Assembly: GCF_006345805.1 (NCBI RefSeq)
Contig: NC_043002.1
Coordinates: 79,422,001-79,486,000, forward strand
Length of the DNA: 64,000 nt
DNA from: Octopus sinensis
Lineage: Eukaryota
Direction of reading: 5' to 3'
Translations under genes and position numbers: made by a program
The notes under the pieces: generated by a model
What the model was told of the DNA's origin: nothing
The model's input: the letters and a program-made list of their open reading frames with translations, nothing else
Database searches by the model: none
In this document: positions 12,945-26,082 of the stretch, piece by piece
How the letters are laid out: the number at the start of each line of letters is the position of its first letter
How positions within the stretch are numbered: position 1 is the first letter of the stretch

Positions 12945-13112
12945 GGCCTAAGGGACCGATAGAATAAGTACCAGGTTTCCTAATACTAATGGAAAAAAAA
13001 AACAGAAACAAAAATCGTAAGGGCTGAAGTCGAATTGCTCGACTTAAGCCCTTTAAGTCGGTGCCCTAGCATGACCGCAGTTCAATGACTGAAACATGTA
13101 AATGATAAAAGA
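12945..13112 (+). mobile_element. SINE family B 3' fragment
   Basis: gaccgatagaataagtacc ... tcgact..ccctttaag.cggtg...aatgactgaaaca. Confidence 0.7.
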
Positions 13113-13261
13113 TGAAAAATAAAACATGAAAGAAACATGAATAAATAAAACAAAACAACAAACACCAACTAAATAAAGAAAATCCTAATAAATGGGCCAA
13201 CGGCCGCTTTTCAGATTTCTCTGGAAAGTTTGAGAAAAATATCGTCATTATTATTATGTAT

Positions 13262-13375
13262 ATTATTTACATTATTTACATTAGTTACATTTGACGGTTA
13301 TTTGTCTTCATCTTGTTCGTCAAATGTAAATAATGTAAATAATGCACATAATTCTTCATCTCTTGAATAAAGAAC
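13262..13375. mobile_element. SINE family D 3'-end fragments in inverted arrangement
   Basis: tttacattatttacattagttacatttgacg ... cgtcaaatgtaaataatgtaaataatg; matches the tail of the D copy at 2177-2225. Confidence 0.75.
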
Positions 13376-13629
13376 TGTATTATTATGTATGTTTCATTAG
13401 CTAAACTTAACAATGCTTTCGAGCCTCTCACCAGTCTAAAATTCAAAAATGCCACGAAAATTCTTATCTCGTTTTGAAATGTTTCTAAGCGAAATCATAA
13501 GTGCACGTGTGTTTTAAAAAATTTAACAGAAAAATAAAGAAAATAAATACAACTCAACGCAAGCGGCAGTGAGCGCTCTTATGTATGCGCATTCGGTCTT
13601 AATTTGAATATTTGTGCGATATCTGTGTG

Positions 13630-13673
13630 TGAAAGTCATGTGTTATATATATATATATATATATTGTATGTGT

Positions 13674-13704
<31 letters not shown>

Positions 13705-13744
13705 TATATATACATACATATGTATATATATATATATATATAAA

Positions 13745-13775
<31 letters not shown>

Positions 13776-14210
13776 CTGTAATATATATGTAAGTATATAT
13801 ATGTATACATATATACATATATCTATATATATATATATGTATATATATATATAATATATATGCTTGCATTTGTATGTTGATATGTATATGTATACATATA
13901 CAAGCATATATAATATTAATATATATAGATCTAATATATATATGTATTCACATATAAATAGATATATATATATATGTATACATATATGTATTTACATGTG
14001 CATGTATATATACATATGTGCGTGTGTATAAACATATATACTTGAGTGCGTATAAGTATAAATGTATATATATATATGTGTGTGTGTGTAAAGACAGATC
14101 GAGAGAGGAATTTGTGTGTATGTGTTTGCGTGTGTGTGTTTGTATATGTGTGTGCGTTCGTATGTGTTTCTCTGTGTGTATGTGTGTGTGGGTGGGTGTA
14201 TTTTCGTGTT
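13630..14210. repeat. (TA)n/(TG)n microsatellite tract
   Basis: Direct reading. Confidence 0.95.
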
Positions 14211-14479
14211 TGTTGACAAAAAATATTAAAATAATTAGTAGACTGGGTGTATGTTATCCCCAGGCTCTATTTAAAGGCTTCTGGGTAACGCATGCTCTCC
14301 AGAGACATTCTGTCTTCACGTCCCGTTTTAGTGAATCTGACATGCTTACGCTCCCTCACAATCACACCAACAGGCTGTTGTACATTATGTAATTGGCACC
14401 AAATTAGCCATCTCTCGGCTCCCAACCAACTGCAGCAACCTGCCCAACGGCACTAGAACTTCCTGGTGATAGGCTACAA

Positions 14480-14776
14480 TAATAATAAGAAAAAAAAACG
14501 ATATTAACAACAACAACGAAACATTACAAACAGCAGAAAACCAAAACACAAACACGTATAGCATATACACAAGGACAAATAATAATAATAATATAATAAT
14601 ATATAATAAAATAATAAAATAACAATAAGAATAATAACATATAACAACAACAATAATAATAACAACAATAAATAATAACAATAATAACAATAATAAAAAT
14701 AAAATAATAAATAACAACAACACAATAATAATAATAATAATAATAATATATAATACCATAATAATAAATAAAAATA

Positions 14777-14807
<31 letters not shown>

Positions 14808-14850
14808 AAAATGATCCATCATCATCATCATAATCATCACCACCAGCACA
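14480..14850 (+). repeat. Degenerate (AAT)n/(AAC)n/(CAT)n array
   Basis: Direct reading. Confidence 0.9.
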
Positions 14851-15252
14851 GCACCATTTGCATCCTGATCATTTTAAAGTTATAATGCAAGTGAAAATAT
14901 GAAGACATAAACGAAAAAGCAACAAGATGTATGAAAATGCAAACCATATTGAAATGGATTGGAGGAAAAAAAATAAGAACTTAAATAAAATGGTTATAAA
15001 TAAATATTAGAGCTGTAATAGTAGTAGTAGTAGTAGTGGTGTTGGTGTTGGTGTTGTGTTGGTGTTGGTGGTGGTGGTGGTGGTGATGTCGGCGATGCTG
15101 GCAGAGCGAGGTAAATGTAAATTGCTCGAAGATATATAATGTCACATGAAATAAAATTCTTTCGCACTTTACTTCGTAGTTATAATTTTAGTGAGTTGCA
15201 AACAGCTTATGTTTTCAATATTCAGCGTATTTTCATGCACACCGACAATGTT

Positions 15253-15289
<37 letters not shown>

Positions 15290-16099
15290 TGTGTGTTGAC
15301 TATATGCATACGTTTATGTTTTTGTACGAGTATGTATGTGTACTAGAATTTATGTATTTCTCTGTTCACTAACAATCTATGTAATTGGCTTATGAGTAAA
15401 ATGACGTTATTTAATGCACCTTAGAGCGCTAATTTGCTGGATCCTGATGCGAAAGAGAGTTTAATATGGGAAATACGATTCTAGGTATCGCATGTTCAGA
15501 TAGTTTTCATCGACATATTTTATTTAAATTGTTAGACTCAATACGCCTTGCAGTATTTGTTCTGGATCACTATGGTTGACTTTTCTTTTTGTCCTTTTCG
15601 TGTTAAGTTAAAAAAGTACCAGTGAAGTACTGGGAGTTGTTATAATCGAGTGTTGCCCTCAAATTTCTGGCATGATGCTTTTGTTACAAGCTAGTTACAA
15701 CTATAACGTTAGCAGAGTCGAAAACTATGTTAGAGGGTTGGAGAAAACGCCAAGTAGTATTTAGTTTAAAAACATAACAAAATTCCCCTTTTACTTTCAT
15801 ACCTCGACTTTTGGCCTATGATGTTGGTCGCTGTGAACAGTTGACGACCGCAGCTGAGATTCGGGATGTAGAGCGCTTGTTTGGATAGTCTGCTTTACGC
15901 GTTTTACAGATATATGCTGGAATTAGTCATCAACGTCTTGAAGAAGTAAATAATCATTTCTTGTCCATAACTCTGCTAACCCATAACTCTTGTAGCTCAT
16001 AACCCATAAATGCAAAGTTTAAGGTTTTGGTCAAAGTGCTATCAAAGTTTGTCGATATCTTAGGCCAAAAGTGCAGACGGACGCAATCTCGACCCAGTT

Positions 16100-16340
16100 T
16101 ATCCACAACAATCTATATTTCATATTGCCCATATTTCTCTTCCAAAATTCTTCCGATTCTTCTGCTGCTGGTGCTCCTTTGATCTCAATTTTATTTTTAT
16201 CAAGTTCTTGGTAGAATCGTTTTGGATTGGAATTAAACTGCTTGCTTTCTTCAAAGAATCATTGGCCTTTCTCATACGAACAGATTCTTTGTGCTTAAGT
16301 GAGGATATCTCGCTTTAACTGTTCTTTAATCTTATTTCAT
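16100..16340 (-). mobile_element. R4/Dong-type non-LTR retrotransposon fragment (region upstream of RT)
   Basis: Minus translation ...KQFNSNPKRFYQELDKNKIEIKGAPAAEESEEFWK, matching the F..N.K.FY..L...P....FW motif of R4-like ORFs. Confidence 0.6.
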
Positions 16341-16389
16341 ATTTCTAGAATTTTCTTTCCTTCTTTCTGTTTAGTAGTTTTATATTTGT

Positions 16390-16438
16390 CGTCATCATCA
16401 TCATCATCATCATCATCACCATCATCATCATCACTGCA

Positions 16439-16510
<72 letters not shown>
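16390..16510 (+). repeat. (CAT)n-(TAT)n microsatellite
   Basis: Direct reading. Confidence 0.95.
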
Positions 16511-16511
<1 letters not shown>

Positions 16512-16554
16512 GTCAAGACGAAGAGTGCGATTCGATTGTAAGATATCTTATTGG

Positions 16555-16597
16555 TTGAACGATATTTCAACAGTAAGCCTGTCTTTGTTAAGTTCAA
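16555..16597 (-). ncRNA. Minimal HHR motif in inverted pLTR (U3-A8 type; G5A mutated)
   Basis: TTGAAC-TTAACAA-AGACAGGCTTACTGTT-GAAATATC-GTTCAA; perfect 6-bp stem I. Confidence 0.65.
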
Positions 16598-16649
16598 AAT
16601 AAAAAGTGATAAAAATTCAAAATTATAAAGGTTTTAAGGTGAAAAAGAA

Positions 16650-18330
16650 GAACACCTGTATTTTATGGTCTTCCTACAATACACAAAATGTTCGAAAGAT
16701 TTCCTCCAATGCACCCAATTTGCAGCGTATATGAATGTTGCTCGGCCAAAATTGCGGAATGGCTTGATGGTTTTCTATTCCCGTCACAAAACGTCAAAAA
16801 AAGGGATACCTTTGATTTTGTATCTCAAATCAACAACTTTTTTAAAGTACCGAGGCCGTATCGAGAACTGTTTTTTTTTTTTTTTGGTAACCATGGATGT
16901 TTGTTCCTTATATCTCAATATTGACCAAAATGACGGGGTAGAAGCATGCATGGATGCCTTCGAATAGCGGTCAAACAAAAGTATTCCATCAAATTTTTCT
17001 CTGTAGATTATTGAGGTTTGTGTTAGAAAGGAACACAATGAAATTTAGACAAAGATTTTACCACCAGACGAAGGGTTGCGCCATGGGTGTTCCGATGGCA
17101 GTTAATTTCGCTAATGTCTTCAGGACGAAATTCGAGACACATTCAAATCCCTTCATGGTCATGAACCAATACTCTGGTTACGGTTCAATGATGATGTTTT
17201 TTTTTGTCTGGGAAGGATCACATGATAGTTTAATGAACTTCTTGCATTTCTGTGACTGTTATGCTACAAACTATGGCTTTAAGTCCAACATAAAATTTAC
17301 GTCTAGTTTTTGAAAAACTAGCGTTGACCTTTTGGACACAAAAGTCAAGTTTTCTGGAGGCAGAATAATGACAAAGTTATTTTGCAGGCCCACGTCTTCC
17401 CACATTTATCTCCACCGCCGCTGTGATCATCTACATCATCTTATTCGGTCAAATCCGAAATACCAATTTTTGAGGATAAAACGGATTTGTACTGATATAG
17501 GGGATTGCTGGAAACATGCAAATGCTTTTGAATACCATTATGTCAAACGCGGTTACAGTGCATCACGATTAAAGGAAATAGCAAATGAAATAGCTAGGAT
17601 TAGCAAAGATATTCAAACCTTCACGCATAATTTTAGCAAACACAATACAATAGTTAGCAGAATTCCTTTAGTGATCAGCTAGCACCGACATTTCGCTGGT
17701 ATTTCAAAAATGTTGCATGAAAGTTACCAAGATGTGGCGAAAAAATATTCTCGTTTCAAACAAATATTTCCTCAGCCGCCAATTGTAGACTTTAGACGGA
17801 ATAAGAATATAAGAGAATTATTGACCTCTATTTCTGACTCGAAGAAAACGAACATTGGAGTATCTGCGCGCTGTACCCCAAAGAACAGCGCGAGAGGTAA
17901 GCCCTGTTCATTGTGCAACAACATGAGTGGAGTGAATTTTATCAGAAATCATAACAGAAATGTTATGATTTATACAGAAGGTGAAACATGTAAAGATTCC
18001 CATTTGGTGTACGCTGCAGAATGCACGAAACACAACTTTATTTATGTTGATTGTACAACAGAACAATTAAACAAAAGGTTTAATGGGCACAGATTCGATG
18101 TCAGGCACAATAACAGTAGTTCGACAGAACTTGTTGGACATTTCGTTTCAAGCGGCTGCAATTTTGAAGAAGACTTGAAAGTGCATATTCCCAAAAAATA
18201 TTCTGAATCTGCTTCACTTTCACTTCTCAGAATGTATGAGGAGAAATATGTTTGCAGATTATTAATATCACACCCTGGAGGAATGAATAAGATGACAGGA
18301 GAATATCAAATTTATACAAAACTGTTTTTT
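16650..18330 (+). pseudogene. Penelope RT plus GIY-YIG endonuclease, disrupted
   Basis: ORF pieces 16665-16967, 16954-17313, 17332-17682 and 17710-18396 carry collinear PLE motifs separated by stops and frameshifts. Confidence 0.9.
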
Positions 18331-18534
18331 GAATATTCCTCTTTCTCACATTTTCTTTCCTTTTTTTCTGTCGTCTTCCTTTTTGTTTTTTTTTAAATCT
18401 TTTTCTTTTCGCCTGTTATAAAATTGTAACTTAAAAACTGATGATGTCATTCCATCAATGTGTGGACGCTGATTGCTCTCGTTCATACTTTAGGTTTAAA
18501 TTTCTATAATTTTAAATTTTTATCACTTCTTATT

Positions 18535-18577
18535 TTGAAGTTGACAAAGACAGACTTACTGTTGAAATATCGTTCAA
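18535..18577 (+). ncRNA. Minimal HHR motif in 3' pLTR (U3-A8 core variant)
   Basis: TTGAAG-TTGACAA-AGACAGACTTACTGTT-GAAATATC-GTTCAA; ATAT palindrome in stem III. Confidence 0.7.
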
Positions 18578-18659
18578 CCAATAAAATATCTTACAATCGA
18601 ATCGCGCTCTTCTTATTGACTGTTTACCTTTGTGAAGGTTACGTCAATAATTCTAAAAA

Positions 18660-18693
<34 letters not shown>

Positions 18694-18730
18694 GTTATTA
18701 TTATTATTATTATTATTATCGTTATCATTA

Positions 18731-18761
<31 letters not shown>

Positions 18762-18769
18762 TATTATTA

Positions 18770-18822
<53 letters not shown>
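18660..18822 (+). repeat. (ATT)n array
   Basis: Direct reading; also serves as the tail of the adjacent minus-strand LINE. Confidence 0.95.
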
Positions 18823-18826
<4 letters not shown>

Positions 18827-19345
18827 CTTGACTTTTGCTTTGTATTTGCTCAATTTGGCTCCAAGTCTCCCCCAGAGACCTCAAGAGAAACAAGTCAGAA
18901 GTTCAAGCTGGTGTTATGCCTAGGATGTCATATGTTTGGTTTTGCCCATAGTATTGTTCTAGAGAATGTATAAGAAGACGTAAGAAAATTATGAGTTTGG
19001 TTTAAATTTTGAGATTACATAGACAGTATTTTACGTAGGATGTGGGCAACAGGTATTGTTTTAGTCTTGAAGTTCCACATTTTGCCAATTTCTTTTTCAA
19101 GATCTTTATACTTGCTCAGTTTTTGGTAGGTCTTGAAAGATATATTTATATTAATGGAGAGGCATGATTTTTGTCTGAAGACTTTCAATATAATGTCTGG
19201 CCTATTTGCATCTATCTTTCTGTCAGAGGAGTGAGATGTGATCATTTTCAAGCACTGGAGGTGGTTTGTGTTCCCACCAGTTTTGTCATGGGGTAGGGCC
19301 AGGTTTTTGCAAATTACCCAGTGAATATATTGTGCAACTCTGTTA
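18823..19345 (-). mobile_element. R4/Dong-type LINE 3' fragment (restriction-like endonuclease plus 3' UTR) inside a (TAA)n array
   Basis: Minus translation NRVAQYIHWVICKNL...HKPPPVLEND...DRKIDANRPDIILK...KLSKYKDLEKEIGKMW; (TAA)n on both sides. Confidence 0.8.
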
Positions 19346-19354
19346 TTATTAACA

Positions 19355-19428
<74 letters not shown>

Positions 19429-19570
19429 TGTTATATTTCATGACAGACGTGCAAGACATTGGGTATTACTATGATTTATTTGATAAAGAAGTGCTTTTAT
19501 TTAATTTTTATATGATTCTCTTCAGAAGAATACGGAACTGTAATTTAGACACATACACATCCATATATAT

Positions 19571-19660
<90 letters not shown>

Positions 19661-19663
19661 AAT

Positions 19664-19694
<31 letters not shown>

Positions 19695-19932
19695 CTAATA
19701 GTTGAGTAAAATCTGGTTAAAAATCTTGTAGTATGCTGTGCAGTTATTGATTACCGTATATACAGCGGGAATACTCCTATCACCGGTTATACATCTGGAA
19801 TTCCAGAGTATCCGTAGAGTTTTTATCAATCCATTTCTCTCTTTCTTCTTTCTTCTTCTTCTTCTTTCTTTCTTTCTTTCTTCTTCTTTCTTCTTTCTTT
19901 CTTTCTTTCTTCATTCTCTCTTCCTCTCTCTC

Positions 19933-20000
<68 letters not shown>
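19345..20000. repeat. (ATT)n, (TA)n and (TTC/TTCT)n microsatellites
   Basis: Direct reading. Confidence 0.9.
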
Positions 20001-20003
<3 letters not shown>

Positions 20004-20349
20004 GAGAAATAACTTCTATCAAGTAATTCAATTGATAGTGAAAGATATCTATATTAAATCAAATAGAAAAAATTTAATATATTATTCTTAAAATTACTAA
20101 ATTAAATAAACATTAAATTAAGTAATTTAGAATCGCTAAATTCAATTTTTCCCTGTAAGTTTGGAATTTTATATTCCCTACTATTATTATTAATATATAT
20201 ATATACTTATTATATATATATGTACACACACACACACACTCTCTCTCTCTCTACACACACACACATATATGTGTGTATATTCTTTTATTCCTTTTTGTAT
20301 TCTTTTACTTGCTTCAATCATTTAACTGCGGCCATGCTGGAGCACCGAC

Positions 20350-20663
20350 AATGATGATGATGATGATGATGATGAAGGTGATGATAATGATGTTGATGGT
20401 AATGATGGTGATGGTGGTGGTGGTTGTAGCACTGATTGTGATCATGACAGTGATGGTAAGTATGACAATGAGGATGATTGTGGACGGGTGGTGGTGATGG
20501 TGAAGATGCTAGTGGTAGTGATAGTGCTGGTGTTAGTGGTGATGGAGGTGGTGGTGGTGGTGGTGTGAGGATGATGATGGTGATAATCATTATGATGTTC
20601 ATGATGATGATCATGATGAGAATGATGATGATGAAGATGAAAGTGGTTTTGATGATAATGATA

Positions 20664-20753
<90 letters not shown>

Positions 20754-20760
20754 GTGATGG

Positions 20761-20800
<40 letters not shown>

Positions 20801-20931
20801 AAAGATGTTAATGATGATTGAAGATAAGGAAGAGAAGGAAAAAGTACAAAATGGTATGACGATGATTATTGGTAGGGATTATGATACTAGTCGTCGTGAT
20901 GGTGACAACGATGATGGTGGTGATGGCGATG

Positions 20932-20963
<32 letters not shown>

Positions 20964-21310
20964 GACGATGAATATCATGATCATGATGATCATGATCATG
21001 ATGCTGTCAACGACGGGGATGATAATAGAAGTGCTGGTGATTGCTATGACAGCAGTAATGATGATGATGGCAATGATGATGAGAACGATGATGATGATGC
21101 TATTGATGATGATGACGGCGATGATGACGATGATGATGATGATGATGACGACGACGACGACGGAGATGATAATGGAAGTGTTGGTGATCGTAATGACGGT
21201 AATGATGATGATAATGATGCTGATACTGATGGAGGTGATAGTGGTGGTGATGAGGTATGACGACGATGTGGACGACGGCCTTAATGATGATGGTGGCGGC
21301 GGTGGCGGTG
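20350..21310 (+). repeat. Degenerate (GAT)n/(GGT)n/(GAC)n array
   Basis: Direct reading; source of poly-M and poly-D ORFs. Confidence 0.95.
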
Positions 21311-21658
21311 TTGCTGGCGCGGAACTAAGAATAGCATCCGTCCGACATTTACACGAAGCTTACAAACAATTTCTGTTCCCCCAACAAAACCTCATGCCAC
21401 ACACCTCCACGCACCACCCAACGTTCCACGCCACCCTGCACCACACAACCGCTTTAATAGCGTAAATGAAGTGAAATGGAATCAACCGGGAATGTAAACC
21501 GCATCACGTGTAGTCGCCGGGAGCTTACCTTTCGCTCTACTGCACTCGCTACAAATAGAGAAATGATTTGTTACGTTACCACATGACTTGAATTTCATAG
21601 GTAACCATAATAATGATGATGATAATGATAATAATAGCAATCTAATGATATAATAATA

Positions 21659-21714
<56 letters not shown>

Positions 21715-21964
21715 GTGGTGGTGGTTGTGGAGGAGGGGAGTCACTCGTTATCACAAATTATCGGATTAGAGTCTAGTCTATAGAATAGGTCAGAGGTCAG
21801 TTTAATTAGAGTTTAATTATATCCATTATTTATCAAATAACAGTTTAAAACTGACAAGGAAAAACAGTAGAAATGAGGAAATAACAAAAACAAAACAAAA
21901 CAACACATACAGAGAAGGATCCGCCACGTGGTTGATTCATGTGCTTAAAAAATAGCAGCCAGTT

Positions 21965-22049
21965 ATCTCTCTCACGCACTCTGTTTCTACCTACCTGCCT
22001 GTCTGTTATTCTGTTTGTCTCTCTTACTCTATGTCTCTCTCTATTTCTT

Positions 22050-22101
<52 letters not shown>

Positions 22102-22513
22102 TTCTATTTGTCTGTCTTGTTTCTCTTACTCTCTCTCAGTTTCTTTGCTTGTGTCTGTCTCTCTCACCCAGTGTCATTCTTACTCTCTCTATTTCTCTGT
22201 TTCTGTCTGTCTGTCTGTTTCACAATCTCTCTCTCTTCAAAACACTTACCATGTCTTAAGAAAAAGGAAAGAAGGGACACATTGCAGGACATTTGTGGGC
22301 GAGGTGATGATGATGGTGATGAGGTGGAGTAGGTGGAAGCAGATTGTCATGGTGATGATGATGATGGTGGTGCTGGTGGTTATCAGCATGGTGACGGTGA
22401 TGTTGAAGGAGGATGGTGGTTAATGGAGTTGATTATGATAATGATGACAATGAAGATGGAGGAAATGATGATAACGATCATCATCATCACCATCCTCATC
22501 ATCATCATCATCA

Positions 22514-22546
<33 letters not shown>

Positions 22547-22680
22547 TCGTCATCATCATCATCGTCATCCTCCTCCTCCTCCTCCTCCTCATCGTCGTCA
22601 TCATCATGATCGTCATCTTCATCGTCGTCATCGTTGTCGTCGTCGTCGTTGTCATAATCATCACCCTCACCGACATCGTC
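21965..22680. repeat. (TC)n-rich tract followed by (GAT)n/(CAT)n/(CGT)n/(CCT)n
   Basis: Direct reading. Confidence 0.9.
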
Positions 22681-22989
22681 ATCTATTGTTGAAAACATAA
22701 CGTCTCTAAGGGAGATCGTCGCTATCAAAATCTAGACCAGGCCAATCTATAATAAAATATTATTCCAGCCGTGAAAGTTTTGACTTTTACCAAGACACAG
22801 TGCATCCAGCAACACAAATTCTAATATGCTCCTCTCGGTTTAAGTCACTAAACTCGAATCTGAGTGTGATTTAGCGATTAGCGGCTATTTTTAGATGTAG
22901 ATTAGGGTTCTCGACCATTTTTTTATCTGTGGACCTCTTGGAAATACCATTTTAGTCTGGTAGACCATCATAATCATTCAATATTTAAA

Positions 22990-23530
22990 AACTAGTTTCA
23001 TAGGAACATCTCCCAAACGTCTCTTATTTTGCTTTCCACGCATTAACATGTGTAGGTTGAACTACGTAATATGTCAGAGAAAGAAATCTGGTTGTTTCTT
23101 GCAATACCTGCATATGCATATGTAAATATTTTTCAGGGGCGCTTAAAATATTGTTGTGGAAACCCAGTTTACCATTTCGTTGCGTGGAACCTCAAAAATC
23201 TTATATAGACACCTGATGGCCCATATAAGGGGTTCTGATACAAGCCCAAATATACTCGGCAACAACAGAGAAGCCGTCAGTGCGGAAAACCTAACTGCGG
23301 AAGATCTAATTGCGGAAGATCTAACTTTTTTGAGGGATCGGAGTTCTCTTTCAAACAGGGTCAACGTTTTACAGTGAAAAAGAACTTCACATGTGCTACG
23401 GAAAAAACTAATATATGTATTAAATTGCCCAGGGAGTCGAGGGGAATACGTAGGCCAAACCAAAGCCAGTCTACGCCAAAGGATGACACTACATAGATCC
23501 CAGATTAAAATTCGGGAATACAGAAAAAAT
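22990..23530 (+). mobile_element. Degenerate Penelope-like fragment with GIY-YIG domain
   Basis: ORF 23393-23578: LIYVLNCPGSRGEYVGQTKASLRQRMTLHRSQI. Confidence 0.8.
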
Positions 23531-23735
23531 AAAAAAAAAAAGAGAGACAGAAAAAAGGAAAATTTCCCATGTTTTTGAAAACTAGAAATTTATTTTAAAA
23601 AAACATTATATTTAATTTGTCTACAATTTAATTGTTTTTCATCCAAGTCGAAACAGTTGCAAAGTCTGAAACCGGTACTAAAATGTTCTCCATAATAAAA
23701 TTTTAGCATTTCCTACCTTGTCCTATTGTCCTATA

Positions 23736-23789
<54 letters not shown>

Positions 23790-23971
23790 TATATATATAT
23801 ATCTAATATAATATATACTACATACATACATAAATACATACATACTGTATATAAACACGCACATATATATATATATATATATACATGCACACACACACAC
23901 ACACAGACAACAGCTATATATGTATGTATATATGTATATACACGTGTCTAAATTTATAGCTTTATTTTTCA

Positions 23972-24155
23972 TCTCTTACTTCTTTCAGTCATTAGACTGC
24001 GGCCATGCTGGAGCTCTGTTTTGAAAACGTTTAATGGAACTGTTCGATTCTCAGTACTTATGTTCTTTTTAAGACTAGTACTTATTTTATCGGTCTCTTT
24101 CTGTAGATCCGTTAAGTTACAGGGACGTAAACACACTGACATCGGTTATCAAGTG
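23972..24155 (-). mobile_element. SINE family B 3' half
   Basis: Tail and right body homology. Confidence 0.8.
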
Positions 24156-24190
24156 ATCTCTCAATCTATGTCTGTCTGTTCCTCTGTCTT

Positions 24191-24255
<65 letters not shown>

Positions 24256-24689
24256 ATCTATCTATCTATCTCTATGATTGTAAAACGTGTATATTTTCGA
24301 GGCAGTATGATATAACGTAAAAACGTTTAGCTGCTACTTCTGGTAGGCCATGAGATACAAAACAACAACAACAACAAACAAAACAAAATCTAAAGCTCAA
24401 AATAGTACATAATCAACAACAGAGGTGTACTTAAGTACAGTTTAAGTACAGACATGTGAAATATTCTGAAGGAAATAAAATATTTAAACAAAGTATAAGT
24501 GAACATTTGAGAAAAGAGTATATAAGTTGAGAAGATTTTAAATGATGGATAGGCCTCTTTGATGATGTATATATTATATACAAGTACGTACATGAATTAT
24601 ATACGTATATATATATATGTGTGTGTGTGTGCGAGTGTGTTTGTGTGTTTGTGTGTGTGTGTATATACATACGCTTATACAATATACAT

Positions 24690-24777
24690 ATATATGTATA
24701 TATTCAAAACATTTACATTCATACATAGATATGTATGGATGTATCATTTACATTTACATCGACACACACACACACAC

Positions 24778-24823
<46 letters not shown>

Positions 24824-25016
24824 TATATACATATATATACACATAGATTATATGTAGTGATGAAAATATCTCATATATATATCTGAACACATATATAAGT
24901 ATATGTATGCACGTACATATACAATATATATATATCTTCAAAACATTTACATCCCTACATGGATATCTCTGCGTTCTTACACGCAATACATTCATATATG
25001 TACACACACACACATA

Positions 25017-25055
<39 letters not shown>

Positions 25056-25195
25056 TATATACATACATACATTCATACATTAATATATACACACATACAA
25101 TATATACACATATATATATAGCTATATTACATATATTCATAGATACATATATGTAGTGATGAAAATATGTCATATATGTACCTGAACACACATGC
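24690..25195 (+). repeat. Local tandem duplication with microsatellite expansion
   Basis: ttcaaaacatttacat at about 24704 and 24937; gtagtgatgaaaatat at about 24855 and 25153. Confidence 0.75.
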
Positions 25196-25455
25196 AAATC
25201 AGCCCACGCGTTCGCATGAATTTTAAATGTAGGTTGCATGTACTAAGTACTGATACTTCTGAAGACAGAGAAAAATCAATAGAGTTATTGAGTAAGCTTT
25301 GTTGTGTGCGTTGGAAGATTGAAAGCCCCACAGTTACTCTCAGTTTTATCCCAAACAGCAATCGTCAGGCCGTGAAATTTTAAGAAATGCAGATGGTACG
25401 TAAGCAGTTCACCTACACTCGTGCATGAATGCCTGCTTTTGTGTGCGCGCGTGTT

Positions 25456-25503
<48 letters not shown>

Positions 25504-25534
25504 TGTGCGCGTGTGCGTGTGTGTGAGTGTGTGT

Positions 25535-25572
<38 letters not shown>

Positions 25573-25878
25573 AGTGTGTGTGTTTGTGAGCGCGTGCATG
25601 AGTGGTCGGATAGATGTATATATTTAGGCAAAAGTAGTTGTGTACTGGTGAAGGATGTTGCATTCAGAAAGTTGCATCGTAGCCGGTGGATTTGGGCTCA
25701 GTCTCTTCTGTGCGATAGCTTGACAAACGTTTGCTGTCATAGCCCGTGGTTGACCAATTCTTCGTGAGTGAATTTGGTTGATGGAAACAGTATGTATATA
25801 TATATGTTTGTTTGTATATATATACATCCATCCATCTATCCATATATCTATCTCTATCTATCTATCTATCTATCTATC

Positions 25879-25948
<70 letters not shown>

Positions 25949-25978
25949 ATATATATATATACATATATATGTATATAT

Positions 25979-26016
<38 letters not shown>

Positions 26017-26027
26017 TTATATATATA

Positions 26028-26081
<54 letters not shown>

Positions 26082-26082
<1 letters not shown>

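Larger units (their letters stand above)
16511..18621 (+). mobile_element. Penelope-like element, 5'-truncated, with 117-bp inverted pseudo-LTR copies
   Basis: RT motifs PVFYGLPTIHK, MDVCSLYLNI, QTKGCAMGVPMAVNFAN, WLRFNDD (frameshifted), YQFLRIKRIC; GIY-YIG LVYAAEC...IYVDCT..LNKRFNGH; 16511-16627 is the reverse complement of 18505-18621. Confidence 0.92.
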
